From: an uncultured Collinsella sp.
Lineage (GTDB): Bacteria > Actinomycetota > Coriobacteriia > Coriobacteriales > Coriobacteriaceae
DNA length: 64,000 nucleotides
Assembly (NCBI GenBank): GCA_900551665.1
Contig: URWW01000001.1
Location: 970-64,969, forward strand
Direction: 5' to 3'
Below, piece after piece: positions 21,865 to 31,731 of this stretch. A program made the translations under genes and the position numbers. The number at the start of each line of letters is the position of its first letter. Positions within the stretch are counted from its first letter, which is position 1. The notes below the pieces were generated by a model, which saw only the letters and a list, made by a program, of their open reading frames with translations, did no database searches and was not told where the DNA came from.

Positions 21865-23734
21865 AACCCTCGTGTCATCCGTTCGCGATTACAAGCTGCC
21901 GTCCATTGCCACACCGATCCTGGTGCTGTGCGAGGTCGCCTGCGAAATGGCGATTCCCTTTGTCACGGCCAACCTCATCGACACCATCAAAGACGGCGCG
22001 CAGATCGCACAGATCATGCCCACGGCCGGCGTTCTCGTGGGCCTCGCGCTCGTCTCGCTGTTCTTCGGTGCGGCGGCGGGCGTCACCTGCAGCTACGCAA
22101 GCTGCGGTTTTGCCAAGAACCTGCGCCACGACCTGTTCTACAAGATCCAGACGTTCTCGTTCGCCAACATCGACCTCTTCTCGAGCTCGTCGCTCGTGAC
22201 GCGCCTCACCACCGACGTCGCCAACGTGCAGCAGGCGTTCATGCTCATCATCCGCATCGCCGTCCGCGCGCCGCTCGTCTTGGTGTTCGCCTTTGCCATG
22301 GCCTACGCCATGGGAGGCTACATCTCCTTTGTCTATCTGGCCATGATCCCGCTGCTCGGCTGCGGTCTGGGATTCATCATCCACAGGGTCGGGCCGATCT
22401 TCACCCGCGTGTTCCGCAAGTACGACGCTCTCAACGAGTCGGTCGAGGAGAACGTGACCGGCATGCGCGTGGTCAAGAGCTACGTGCGTGAGAACTACGA
22501 GAAGGAGAAGTTCGCCCGCGCCGCCGAGGATGTCCGCGCCGACTTCACCCGCGCCGAGAAGCTGCTCGCCCTCAACAACCCGATGATGAACCTGTGCGTC
22601 AACGGTGCCTTCGTCGTCATCATCTACCTGGGTTCCAAGCTCATCATCACCAGCCAGGGCGCCCTGTTCGACGTGGGCCAGCTCTCCTCCACCTTCACCT
22701 ACGGATTCCAGATCCTCATGAGCCTCATGCAGCTCTCCATGATCTTTGTGATGGTCACCATGTCCGAGGAGAGCGCGAACCGTATCGTCGAGGTGCTGAA
22801 GGCCGAGCCCACCATCACGAACCCCGCCGAGGCCGCACGCGAGGTCGCGGACGGCTCGATCGACTTCGACCATGTGAGCTTCAAATACTCCGAGCACGCC
22901 GAGCGCCAGGCACTCGACGACATCGACCTGCATATCGCAAGCGGCGAGACCATCGGCATCATCGGAGGAACCGGCTCCGCCAAGTCCACGCTCGTGAACC
23001 TCATCGCACGCCTGTACGACGCGACCGAGGGCACCGTGCGCGTGGGCGGGCGCGATGTGCGCTCTTACGACCTCGATGCGCTGCGCCACGAGGTGGCCAT
23101 GGTGCTGCAGAAAAACGTCCTGTTCAGCGGCACCATCGCGGAGAACCTGCGCTGGGGCGACGAGAACGCCACCGATGAGGAGGTCCGCGAGGCGGCCCAT
23201 CTGGCCTGCGCCGACGAGTTCATCGACGGCTTCCCGAAGGGCTATGACACATGGATCGAGCAGGGCGGCTCCAACGTCTCGGGCGGTCAGAAGCAGCGCC
23301 TGTGCATCGCGCGAGCCCTGCTGCGCCGTCCCAAGATCTTGATCTTGGACGATTCCACGAGCGCCGTGGACACCAAGACCGACGCCAAGATCCGTGCTGG
23401 CCTCGCCGCATACCTGCCCCAGACCACCAAGCTCATCATCGCCCAGCGCATCGCCTCCGTGCAGGACGCCGACCGCATCATCGTGATGGAGGGCGGCCGC
23501 ATTGCCGCAATGGGCACGCACGAGGAGCTGCTCGAGACCTCCGAGATCTACCGCGAGACGTTCACCTCGCAAAACAAGATGGGTGAGGAGGCCGTGGACG
23601 GCGACGGCTCCCCGCATGCCGACAACGATGCACCCGCAGCGCGCGAGACCGTCGACGCCGACCGGCAAGCCGCCGAAGAACTTGCCCACGCATTCGAAAC
23701 CACGATACAGGAAGGAGGTGAGGCCCATGAGTAA
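21857..23734 (+). CDS. ABC exporter, TMD-NBD half 1 (degenerate catalytic site)
   Basis: SLVTRLTTD, GGTGSAKST, VSGGQKQR, Walker B LILDD (Asp in place of the catalytic Glu). Confidence 0.93.
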   Translation: MIKTLVSSVRDYKLPSIATPILVLCEVACEMAIPFVTANLIDTIKDGAQIAQIMPTAGVLVGLALVSLFFGAAAGVTCSYASCGFAKNLRHDLFYKIQTFSFANIDLFSSSSLVTRLTTDVANVQQAFMLIIRIAVRAPLVLVFAFAMAYAMGGYISFVYLAMIPLLGCGLGFIIHRVGPIFTRVFRKYDALNESVEENVTGMRVVKSYVRENYEKEKFARAAEDVRADFTRAEKLLALNNPMMNLCVNGAFVVIIYLGSKLIITSQGALFDVGQLSSTFTYGFQILMSLMQLSMIFVMVTMSEESANRIVEVLKAEPTITNPAEAAREVADGSIDFDHVSFKYSEHAERQALDDIDLHIASGETIGIIGGTGSAKSTLVNLIARLYDATEGTVRVGGRDVRSYDLDALRHEVAMVLQKNVLFSGTIAENLRWGDENATDEEVREAAHLACADEFIDGFPKGYDTWIEQGGSNVSGGQKQRLCIARALLRRPKILILDDSTSAVDTKTDAKIRAGLAAYLPQTTKLIIAQRIASVQDADRIIVMEGGRIAAMGTHEELLETSEIYRETFTSQNKMGEEAVDGDGSPHADNDAPAARETVDADRQAAEELAHAFETTIQEGGEAHE

Positions 23735-25646
23735 GCCCGCCAACAACGCACGCGCCAAGGGCTCCAAACCCGGCACGCTCAAGCGCCTCGTCAAGATGCT
23801 CTTCTCGTTCTATCCGGTCCTGCTTCCGCTGGTGATGCTCGGCGTGGTGCTGTGCGCCCTCATCAACTCCATCGGTTCGGTCTTCCTGCAGAAGGCCCTC
23901 GAGGTCATCTCGACCTCCTGGCAGACCGGCGATTGGGCCGCCGCGCGCCCGCAGATCTTGGGCCTCGTGACCACCCTCGCCGTCATCTACATCATCGGCA
24001 ACCTGTCCTCGCTCTTCTGGAACCGCTACATGGGCGTCGTCACGCAGGGATCGCTCATGAAGCTGCGTGAGAAGATGTTCAACCACATGCAGGACCTGCC
24101 GATCCGTTACTTCGACACCAACCAGCGCGGCGACATCATGTCGCACTACACCAACGACATCGACACCCTGCGCCAGATGATCTCGCAATCGCTGCCGAAC
24201 CTGGTCATGACCGTCATCGTTTTGACCACGGTGTTCAGCATCATGCTGTACTTCTCGGTGTGGATGTGCCTGGTCATCGTCATCGGTGTGCTGTGCATGG
24301 TTGCACTCACCAAGGTGCTTGGCTCAAACTCCGCCCGCTTCTTCATCGCTCAACAGCGCGAGCTCGGCGTGGTCGAGGGCCATATCGAGGAGGTCATGGG
24401 CGGTCAGAAAGTCGTGAAGGCGTTCTGCCACGAGGCGGCCGCTGAGGCCGATTTCGACGAGCGCAACGAGCGCCTGTTCGAGGTGTCCCAGAAGGCGAAT
24501 ATGTTCGCCAATATCCTCATGCCCGTCCTCATGAACCTCGGCAACCTCATCTACGTGATGGTTGCCCTGGCAGGTGGCGTGTTCCTCGCGCTCGGCGTTC
24601 CGAATCTGTCCATCTCGGGCCTGCCGCTGTCCATCGCCGTGGTGGTTCCGTTCCTCAACATGACCAAGCAGTTCTGCGGCCAGATCGGCCAGATCTCCCA
24701 GCAGATCAACGCCGTGGTCATGGGCCTGGCGGGCGCTGAGCGCATCTTCGCCCTGCTCGACGAGGAGCCCGAGACCGACGAGGGGTATGTCACGCTCGTG
24801 AACGCCCAGGTCAATCCCGAGACCTGGCAGATCGAGGAGGCCGACCACCACACCGGCCTGTGGGCCTGGAAGCACCCGCACCGCGCGGACGGCACTGTGA
24901 CCTACGAGCCCCTGCGCGGAGACGTGCAGATGGACGATGTCGACTTTGGCTATACCCCGGACCACGAGGTGCTGCACGGCGTTTCCGTGTACGCCAGACC
25001 CGGCCAGAAGATCGCCTTTGTGGGCGCCACCGGCGCGGGCAAGACAACGATCACCAACCTCATCAACCGTTTCTACGACATCGCAGACGGCAAGATCCGC
25101 TACGACGGCATCAACGTGAACAAGATCCGCAAGGCAGACCTGCGCCGGTCGCTCGGCGTGGTGCTCCAGGACGTCAACCTGTTCACCGGCACCGTGATGG
25201 ACAACATCCGCTACGGCAACCTCGAGGCCACCGACGAGGAGTGCATCCATGCCGCCGAGCTCGCGGGAGCCGACGACTTCATCCGTCGCCTGCCCGAGGG
25301 ATACGACACCATGCTCACCGGCAACGGATCGCAGCTCTCGCAGGGGCAGCGCCAGCTCATCTCCATCGCGCGCGCCGCGGTTGCCGACCCGCCGGCGATG
25401 ATTCTGGACGAGGCGACGAGCTCCATCGACACGCGCACCGAGGCCATCGTGCAGCGCGGTATGGACGCGCTCATGCAGGGTCGCACGACCTTCGTGATCG
25501 CCCATCGCCTGAGCACCGTGCGCAACTCGGACCTGATCATCTGCCTGGACCACGGGCGCGTGATCGAGCGCGGCACGCACGACGAGCTCATCGCCAAACG
25601 CGGTTACTACTACCAGCTCTACACCGGCGCGTTTGAACTCGAGTAG
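23727..25646 (+). CDS. ABC exporter, TMD-NBD half 2 (heterodimeric multidrug-type)
   Basis: GATGAGKTT, LSQGQRQL, ILDEATS, IAHRLST. ATG 23727 follows AGGAGGTG. Confidence 0.93.
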   Translation: MSKPANNARAKGSKPGTLKRLVKMLFSFYPVLLPLVMLGVVLCALINSIGSVFLQKALEVISTSWQTGDWAAARPQILGLVTTLAVIYIIGNLSSLFWNRYMGVVTQGSLMKLREKMFNHMQDLPIRYFDTNQRGDIMSHYTNDIDTLRQMISQSLPNLVMTVIVLTTVFSIMLYFSVWMCLVIVIGVLCMVALTKVLGSNSARFFIAQQRELGVVEGHIEEVMGGQKVVKAFCHEAAAEADFDERNERLFEVSQKANMFANILMPVLMNLGNLIYVMVALAGGVFLALGVPNLSISGLPLSIAVVVPFLNMTKQFCGQIGQISQQINAVVMGLAGAERIFALLDEEPETDEGYVTLVNAQVNPETWQIEEADHHTGLWAWKHPHRADGTVTYEPLRGDVQMDDVDFGYTPDHEVLHGVSVYARPGQKIAFVGATGAGKTTITNLINRFYDIADGKIRYDGINVNKIRKADLRRSLGVVLQDVNLFTGTVMDNIRYGNLEATDEECIHAAELAGADDFIRRLPEGYDTMLTGNGSQLSQGQRQLISIARAAVADPPAMILDEATSSIDTRTEAIVQRGMDALMQGRTTFVIAHRLSTVRNSDLIICLDHGRVIERGTHDELIAKRGYYYQLYTGAFELE

Positions 25647-25668
25647 GCTCGCCCTTCGAAAGCTGCTG

Positions 25669-25804
25669 GAGGTTATGAACGATTGACCCCCTGCCACCTG
25701 TTTTGAGCGCATTATTTCCGCAGGTAGATACGTGTACAAAAAAGGAGCTTATGAACGAACCGTTCATAAGCTCCTTTTCTTGCCGGAAAATCGTTCATAA
25801 CCTC
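25669..25804. repeat. 136-bp element with 16-bp terminal inverted repeats and an internal bidirectional terminator-like hairpin
   Basis: GAGGTTATGAACGATT (25669-25684) / AATCGTTCATAACCTC (25789-25804); internal AAAAGGAGCTTATGAACG-AAC-CGTTCATAAGCTCCTTTT (25740-25778); lies between convergent genes. Confidence 0.8.
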
Positions 25805-25822
25805 ACACAAGGAGGCCGCCTT

Positions 25823-26017
25823 TTACTCTTGGGCGTTACGCTCGCGATCCTCGAGGGCGCGCTTGAGGGCGTCGATATCGGCCTCGGTGCGCTTGGACTT
25901 ACGCCAAAGGGAGAAAACGAAGGCGAACAGGGCGAGCAGTATGCCCACATACGCAGCGAGCACGTAGGGGGCGGCGGGCAACACGGTCGAATAGACCTCG
26001 GAGAGAATCGGATCCAT
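25823..26017 (-). CDS. CcmD-like small membrane protein
   Basis: YVLAAY followed by a TM helix and a charged tail; abuts the ccmC stop; AGGAGG SD. Confidence 0.7.
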   Translation of the reverse strand: MDPILSEVYSTVLPAAPYVLAAYVGILLALFAFVFSLWRKSKRTEADIDALKRALEDRERNAQE

Positions 26018-26947
26018 TTAATCCTCCTTGGACGGGGTGAGCGGCACGTCGCCCGCGTGGGCGGCGGGGTCGGCCGCACGGTCGGTAGCGGGGTCGACAA
26101 CACGGTCGGCAACGGGGTCGGTAACGCGGTCGGTCGCAGCCAGCGCGGCGGCCTGAGCCTGCAGGCGCTCGAGCGCTTCATCGGCCGCGGCACGCTGAGC
26201 CGAGGCATCGAGCTCCTCGAGGCGCTCCTTCAGCTCCTCCACCTCATCCGCGGCGGTATTGACCCGCAAGGCATAACGGTACAGTGCGAACGCGATCGTG
26301 CACATGCCAAACAAGCCGAGCAAAAACGGAATGAGCATCGCCGGCGGCAAGCCTGAATCGGTCCGGAACACCACGGGATGCACGGAGCTCGGCACCAGGC
26401 GCGTGATGAAGAACGAGATGGGCGCATCGATGAAGGCGATGATGCAAAACACCGCGCCGAAGCGTGCGGAACGCTCAGGATCGTCGAGTGCGTTACGCAG
26501 GATGAAGTAGCCGATCACCAGCAACATGAGGATGAAATACGTGGTGAGGCGCGGCTCCCACACCCACCAGACACCCCACTCGAAACGCGTCCACAAGTCG
26601 CCCGAGATCATCGTGGCGATGATGAACACGAGCGTGACCTGCATTGCCGTGCGAGACGCACGGTCGTGCACACGGTCCTTCGTAGCGAGGAAGCGGGCGG
26701 CGAAGAAGGCGGCAACCGCCATCGCTACGAACGACGCCACGGCCACGGGGACGTGTAGATAAAAGATCTTTTGACTGAGCAGCAGCTTGGTGGTGACCAT
26801 CTGACCGGCGATGATCGCGGGCTCTGAGAGCCTCGCTCCCTGTACCAGCGGAGCCACCGTGAACGTCCACACCACGTCGATCGCGGTGAGCACGGCGCCT
26901 ATCGCGAGCAATGCGGGCACCAGCCTGTCGGCGAGCTTCTCGCGCAT
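26018..26947 (-). CDS. ccmC: Heme exporter / cytochrome c biogenesis protein CcmC
   Basis: IFYLHVP, WGVWWVWEPRLT (WWD domain), VHP. Confidence 0.92.
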   Translation of the reverse strand: MREKLADRLVPALLAIGAVLTAIDVVWTFTVAPLVQGARLSEPAIIAGQMVTTKLLLSQKIFYLHVPVAVASFVAMAVAAFFAARFLATKDRVHDRASRTAMQVTLVFIIATMISGDLWTRFEWGVWWVWEPRLTTYFILMLLVIGYFILRNALDDPERSARFGAVFCIIAFIDAPISFFITRLVPSSVHPVVFRTDSGLPPAMLIPFLLGLFGMCTIAFALYRYALRVNTAADEVEELKERLEELDASAQRAAADEALERLQAQAAALAATDRVTDPVADRVVDPATDRAADPAAHAGDVPLTPSKED

Positions 26948-27072
26948 CTTGCTCCCTTCCATGCAGATGGCAGGCATCGGACGCTTACGCCGCGAACCTG
27001 CGATTTTCGTCATTACATACTAGCGTATGCCGCACGGGCGCAACCCCGATAGATGAAGGCGGAGGCAACGCA

Positions 27073-27114
27073 CGGCACGCGGCACTCGGCACGCGGCACT
27101 CGGCACTCGGCACG
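27073..27114. repeat. Heptamer tandem repeat (CGGCACK) x6
   Basis: cggcacg cggcact cggcacg cggcact cggcact cggcacg in the ccmB-ccmC spacer. Confidence 0.85.
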
Positions 27115-27153
27115 CGGGCACGGTCTCGATGGAAACTGGCAGATCATAGAGCG

Positions 27154-27903
27154 CTAGGAATCGAGGGCGAATTCGTACAGGCCCCACGCGGCGGCAACCA
27201 TCACCACGTCATACGCGGCGGCGAGCGCCAGGCTCCGCCAGAACGTGGCAAAGGTTCCCTCGACGCCCATCAACGCAACGCCGGTCGCGGAGACGCAAGC
27301 GTACAGCAGCGGGAATGCCACGGGGATGAACAGAATCGCGAGCAACACGTCGCGGCCGCGCGTGTCGATCGCCATGGTGGACAACAGCGTGCCAACCCCC
27401 GCCACGCCGATCGTACCGACCAGCAGCGGCAGCAAGATCATGGGGGTCGTGGGCGGCAACTCGGCACCCGAAAGGAAGAACACGAAGAACAGCGGAACCG
27501 TGACCAACTCGACCATCAGAAGGAACAGCAAGTTGGACGTCGCCTTGGCAAGAAACACCACCGCGCGGTCGATCGGCGCGAGCAAAATCCCCTCGAGGCA
27601 ACCCGACTCGGTCTCATGACTGAAACTGCGATTCAGCCCCAGGAGACTCGTGAACACGATGAGCGCCCACAGCAGACCGCCCGCGAACGATACGACCTGC
27701 AGCTTGTCCCCCACCTGGGCGAGCGCGGCGCCGTAAATGGTGAGCACGAGCAGCGAATAGACGATCATCGACGTGAGCATCTCGCGCGTACGGAGCTCCT
27801 GCCGAACGTCTTTGGCAAGTAGGGCCCTGTACTGCGCGAGCGCAGAGGGGTGCAGATGTTCGACCCCATCGACGCCGGATTTCCCGCGATGCATCCCAGC
27901 CAT
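27154..27903 (-). CDS. ccmB: Heme exporter permease CcmB
   Basis: KD.R.ELR, GGLLW, F..E.E.G.LE.ILLAP, multiple TM helices. Confidence 0.9.
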   Translation of the reverse strand: MAGMHRGKSGVDGVEHLHPSALAQYRALLAKDVRQELRTREMLTSMIVYSLLVLTIYGAALAQVGDKLQVVSFAGGLLWALIVFTSLLGLNRSFSHETESGCLEGILLAPIDRAVVFLAKATSNLLFLLMVELVTVPLFFVFFLSGAELPPTTPMILLPLLVGTIGVAGVGTLLSTMAIDTRGRDVLLAILFIPVAFPLLYACVSATGVALMGVEGTFATFWRSLALAAAYDVVMVAAAWGLYEFALDS

Positions 27904-28650
27904 TTACGCCACCCCCATTCCAACGGTAGCCAAATACAGGTCACGGAAGGCCACACGATCGATCTTGGCCGTCTCGGCACACACCACCGCGCGTCCACGC
28001 GCCATGATGAGCGCGTGGGTACACAGGTCAAAGCCCTTTTCGAGGTCGTGGCTGACCATCACGAACGTGCGCCCATCGCGAACGCGGGCGATCAGGCGAT
28101 CGAAGAGCTCCGCGGCATGCGGATCGAGGCCCGAATACGGCTCGTCGAGCAACACGAGCTCGGGGTCGTTGATGAGGGCGCGGGCAATGGAGAGGCGCTG
28201 CTGCATGCCGCGCGAGAAGGTGCGGGCACAATCGTTCGCGCGATGGTCGAGCTCGACCAGGCGCAGCAGCTCATCGATGCGAGCGCTCGCCTCCGACCCC
28301 TCCAACCCGTACAGGCTCGCAAAGAACGCCAGGTTCTCACGTGCGGTCAAATCGCCGTAAAGCATGGACTTGTGCGAGATGAGGCCGATGCGGGAGCGCA
28401 AGACGTCGGGCTCTTCAAGGGCATCGACGCCGAGAATCCGCAGCTCACCGCCAGTTGGCCGCGCCAGAAGGGCAAGCTCGCGCAGAAGCGTGGTTTTTCC
28501 GGCGCCATTGGGGCCAAAGATGGAGAGGAACGCGCCCTGCGGCAGCTCCAGGTCGAGGCCGTCGAGCGCACGACGGCCGCCGAACTGCCTGACGAGGCCT
28601 CTGGCCCCAATGGCGAGCGGCGCTGCGGATTCGGGGGCAGAACTACTCAT
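27904..28650 (-). CDS. ccmA: Heme ABC exporter ATPase CcmA
   Basis: GPNGAGKTT, LTARENL.F, FSRGMQQR, LLDEP; operon position. Confidence 0.88.
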   Translation of the reverse strand: MSSSAPESAAPLAIGARGLVRQFGGRRALDGLDLELPQGAFLSIFGPNGAGKTTLLRELALLARPTGGELRILGVDALEEPDVLRSRIGLISHKSMLYGDLTARENLAFFASLYGLEGSEASARIDELLRLVELDHRANDCARTFSRGMQQRLSIARALINDPELVLLDEPYSGLDPHAAELFDRLIARVRDGRTFVMVSHDLEKGFDLCTHALIMARGRAVVCAETAKIDRVAFRDLYLATVGMGVA

Positions 28651-30796
28651 GCAGCTCACCCTCGGCACAAGATGCGGCCGCACGCTCGCGCTCGTCGGCC
28701 GCCAAAAGCGGCGTGGCGCGGCGGGGTGCGAACGCGAGCACGATGCCCAGCGTGGAGATCGCGCCACCCGCCCACGTGAACAAGATGAGCGGGTTCACCT
28801 TGACGTTGAGCGACAGACTGCCGTCCGGGTTCAGACCCTGGAACGCCACGAACAGGTCCTCGAGCGGGAACGTGATGACGGCTGCATCGAGCGTGGTCTG
28901 ACTCGTGGCGGCCGCGACCTTCATGGAGGGCGACACGTGTCCGAGCGGGCGTCCGGTCTCGGCGTTCGCCACATCGAGCTCAACGCGCATGATCTCGTTG
29001 TTCTGATCGTCGGAATAGCGCTCGCTGTCCGTGAACGTGAGCTCATAGGCGCCCACGCGCACCGACTCGCCGGCCTCGCCCGCCAGGTTCACCGTGGCCT
29101 CGCGCACATACATCATGGAACCCACCAGGCCCACCACCACGATGGCAACGCCCAGGTGGCACAGGTAGCCACCGGCCTGCGCGGGCGAACGGCGGAACAG
29201 GTTGACCAGCGCGCGCGGCATGCCCTCGCCCTTGGCACGCATGCGGCCGCGCACACCGCGGCCCAACAGATACAGCGAGCTCGTGAACAGCAGGGCGGCG
29301 GACGCGAAGGCGAGCACCGTCAAACCGAAGTAGTACACCGCGGGGCCCTGCTCGGCAAGCCCCTCGCCCGCCGCACCGCCGGCCGCGATGATCTCGTGAT
29401 ACTCGGGGACCAGCACCAGCGCGAAGTACGCCATGAGCGCGATAAACACCGCCGCGCCGGCGATGGCGGGGACGCGCATGTGGCGGGCGAACTTGGCACG
29501 GTCGGTCTTGCGCCAGCCCAGCATGGGGCACACGGCCATGAGCAAAACCACGAACACGGCCACGGGACGGGCCACGGCATTGTACGCACCGGCAGCGACC
29601 ACCGCGCCGCCCAGCGGCATCCAACTCGGCAGGGCGCTCGACACCGTGAGGTAGGCCACGAGCACGCCGGCCATGAGCATCACGATATTGGTCAGGTAGT
29701 ACGACCCGTTCTTGGAGATCATCGACTCGATCTCACCGTCGTCCTCGCCGAACTCGGAATGGCGGTACGCGACGCCGATCAGGAACGCCAGGCCACTCAC
29801 CACCATGATGGCGAGGAAGAAATAGGTGGACACCGGGTCCTCGGCGAACGCGTGCACGCTCTGCACCAGGCCGGAACGCGTGATAAAGGTGCCGAGCACC
29901 ACGAAGATGAAGGTGATCGTGGCCGACAGCATACTCCAACGCTTGAAGATGCCGCGCTTGCGGTACATCGTGAAGCTATGGATCATGGCGACGCACGTGA
30001 GCCAGCTCATGAGGCTGGCGTTCTCCACGGCGTCCCACGCCCAGAAGCCGCCCCACCCGAGCACGACGTAAGCCCACACCGCACCCAGGCCCATGCCGAT
30101 GGACAGGAAGATGAAACCGAACACCGCCATGCGGTCGCACAGCTCGACCCAGCGCGCGGACAGGTCGCCGGTGATGAGTGCGGCCATGGCGTAGGCGAAC
30201 GGGATGGTCATCGCGGCGTAGCCGATAAAGGTCGCCGGCGGATGCAGGATCATTGCCCAATGCATGAGCAGCGGGTTCATGCCGCCAATCTTGGACACCA
30301 GCGTGCCGTCGGCGTTGAGGTACTCCGCGGCCGTAGCCATAAACGGATTGTTGGACGCCGAAAAGACGAGCGTGGCGGTGAACAGCGCGACCACGATCTC
30401 GGTCACGCCGAGGGCCGCGCACGTGAGCTCCTCGCTCGCACGGCGGCGACGGTACGCCTGGGCCGCGGCGAATGCGGAGATGAGCCACGTCCACAGCAAA
30501 AGCGAGCCCTGGCGGCCGGCCCACACGGCACTCACGCGGTAGAGCGGCTGCAGGGGGCTATCGGTCGCGGGATAGTTCGAGACCACGTAGGCCAGGGTGT
30601 AATCCTCGGTCAGCATGCCCATGAGCACAATGCCCACGCAGGCGGTGAGCAGTGCGAAGGAGGCGTACACGAACGTGTATCCGGTGCGTGCCAGACGCGA
30701 GCTCGGACGCTTCGAACCCGCGATGAGCATCAACGCCGAAACGACGGAAAACACGAGCGCCAGGCTCTGCAGGGTATTGCCAAGAGTTGAGGTCAT
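28643..30796 (-). CDS. ccmF: Cytochrome c heme lyase CcmF
   Basis: WAGRQGSLLLW, GMNPLL.H..M..HPP, WAY..LGWGGFWAWDAVEN, RSG..QSVHAFA. Confidence 0.94.
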   Translation of the reverse strand: MTSTLGNTLQSLALVFSVVSALMLIAGSKRPSSRLARTGYTFVYASFALLTACVGIVLMGMLTEDYTLAYVVSNYPATDSPLQPLYRVSAVWAGRQGSLLLWTWLISAFAAAQAYRRRRASEELTCAALGVTEIVVALFTATLVFSASNNPFMATAAEYLNADGTLVSKIGGMNPLLMHWAMILHPPATFIGYAAMTIPFAYAMAALITGDLSARWVELCDRMAVFGFIFLSIGMGLGAVWAYVVLGWGGFWAWDAVENASLMSWLTCVAMIHSFTMYRKRGIFKRWSMLSATITFIFVVLGTFITRSGLVQSVHAFAEDPVSTYFFLAIMVVSGLAFLIGVAYRHSEFGEDDGEIESMISKNGSYYLTNIVMLMAGVLVAYLTVSSALPSWMPLGGAVVAAGAYNAVARPVAVFVVLLMAVCPMLGWRKTDRAKFARHMRVPAIAGAAVFIALMAYFALVLVPEYHEIIAAGGAAGEGLAEQGPAVYYFGLTVLAFASAALLFTSSLYLLGRGVRGRMRAKGEGMPRALVNLFRRSPAQAGGYLCHLGVAIVVVGLVGSMMYVREATVNLAGEAGESVRVGAYELTFTDSERYSDDQNNEIMRVELDVANAETGRPLGHVSPSMKVAAATSQTTLDAAVITFPLEDLFVAFQGLNPDGSLSLNVKVNPLILFTWAGGAISTLGIVLAFAPRRATPLLAADERERAAASCAEGELHE

Positions 30797-30919
30797 GGGA
30801 AACCTTTCTGGTGCGAAGGGGCGCCCGCGCGCATCGCCGACGATGCAAGGCGGACGCCCAGCCGACGCACCGAGGCCCCGGACGCGCATTCACATCCGGG
30901 GCCCCGGCAACGCCGTGAA

Positions 30920-31591
30920 CTACTTTGAGATGGAGGAGTCGATGGCGGGCTGCTCCGTTGCGACGAAGATGCCATCGGAATCGAGGTGACCCGAGAGCAC
31001 GACGGCGACGCCGCCGGCGATCTGCTCGTCGAGGCCCCCGCCGTACACCACCTTCAACGTGGCGCCCTGGGACTCGATGACAAAGCGGTAATCCGCACCG
31101 GCATCGTTGACCTCGCCCTGGATGTAGCCGCACACCTTGGTGTCCTCGAACATCATGGTGTCGGCCTGGTCGATGAGGCCCTTGACGGTGAGGGAGCCCT
31201 CGGCGCTCTCGTACTTGGACGGGCACTTGGTGACCATCTCGGTGCACTTGAGCATGGGCGGGTTCTCGACCGTGCCGGTGCAGATGGCGACGACGCCCGA
31301 ACCGAAGGTCGCGGGCAGCGCGCCCTCGTAGACGACTCGGACCGACTCGCTCCCGTCGCCCTCCTCGGGGGTGATGTCAAAACGGACCGCGGTGCCGTCC
31401 GTCTCGATCGAGCCGTCGACAACCGAACCGGTGACCTGGACCTTCTTGCCGGCGTAATCGCCGGTGAGCAGGTCGCCCACCGTGAGCGACGAGGCCGCCC
31501 CGCCGGAGCCGGCGATGGCGACGATCACGAGCATGGCGATGGCGACGATACCGCCGGTCACCACCAGACGGCGCTTGGCCTTCTTGTTCAT
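30920..31591 (-). CDS. ccmE: Heme chaperone CcmE, CxxxY type, with a duplicated C-terminal domain
   Basis: N-terminal TM, V.Y.G.LP..F, TKCPSKY. ATG 31591 follows GAGGAG. Confidence 0.88.
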   Translation of the reverse strand: MNKKAKRRLVVTGGIVAIAMLVIVAIAGSGGAASSLTVGDLLTGDYAGKKVQVTGSVVDGSIETDGTAVRFDITPEEGDGSESVRVVYEGALPATFGSGVVAICTGTVENPPMLKCTEMVTKCPSKYESAEGSLTVKGLIDQADTMMFEDTKVCGYIQGEVNDAGADYRFVIESQGATLKVVYGGGLDEQIAGGVAVVLSGHLDSDGIFVATEQPAIDSSISK

Positions 31592-31731
31592 GAGACTCCT
31601 CGGAAACCGAAAACGTTTGTGCGCCGCGGAGCGCACGTGCAAGCGATAAGTATACAATGTGCGCTGTCGCTCAGGACACCCTGTCGACCCTATTTCCGCA
31701 GCGTCCGCATGACATTCAACGGGAGACGACC

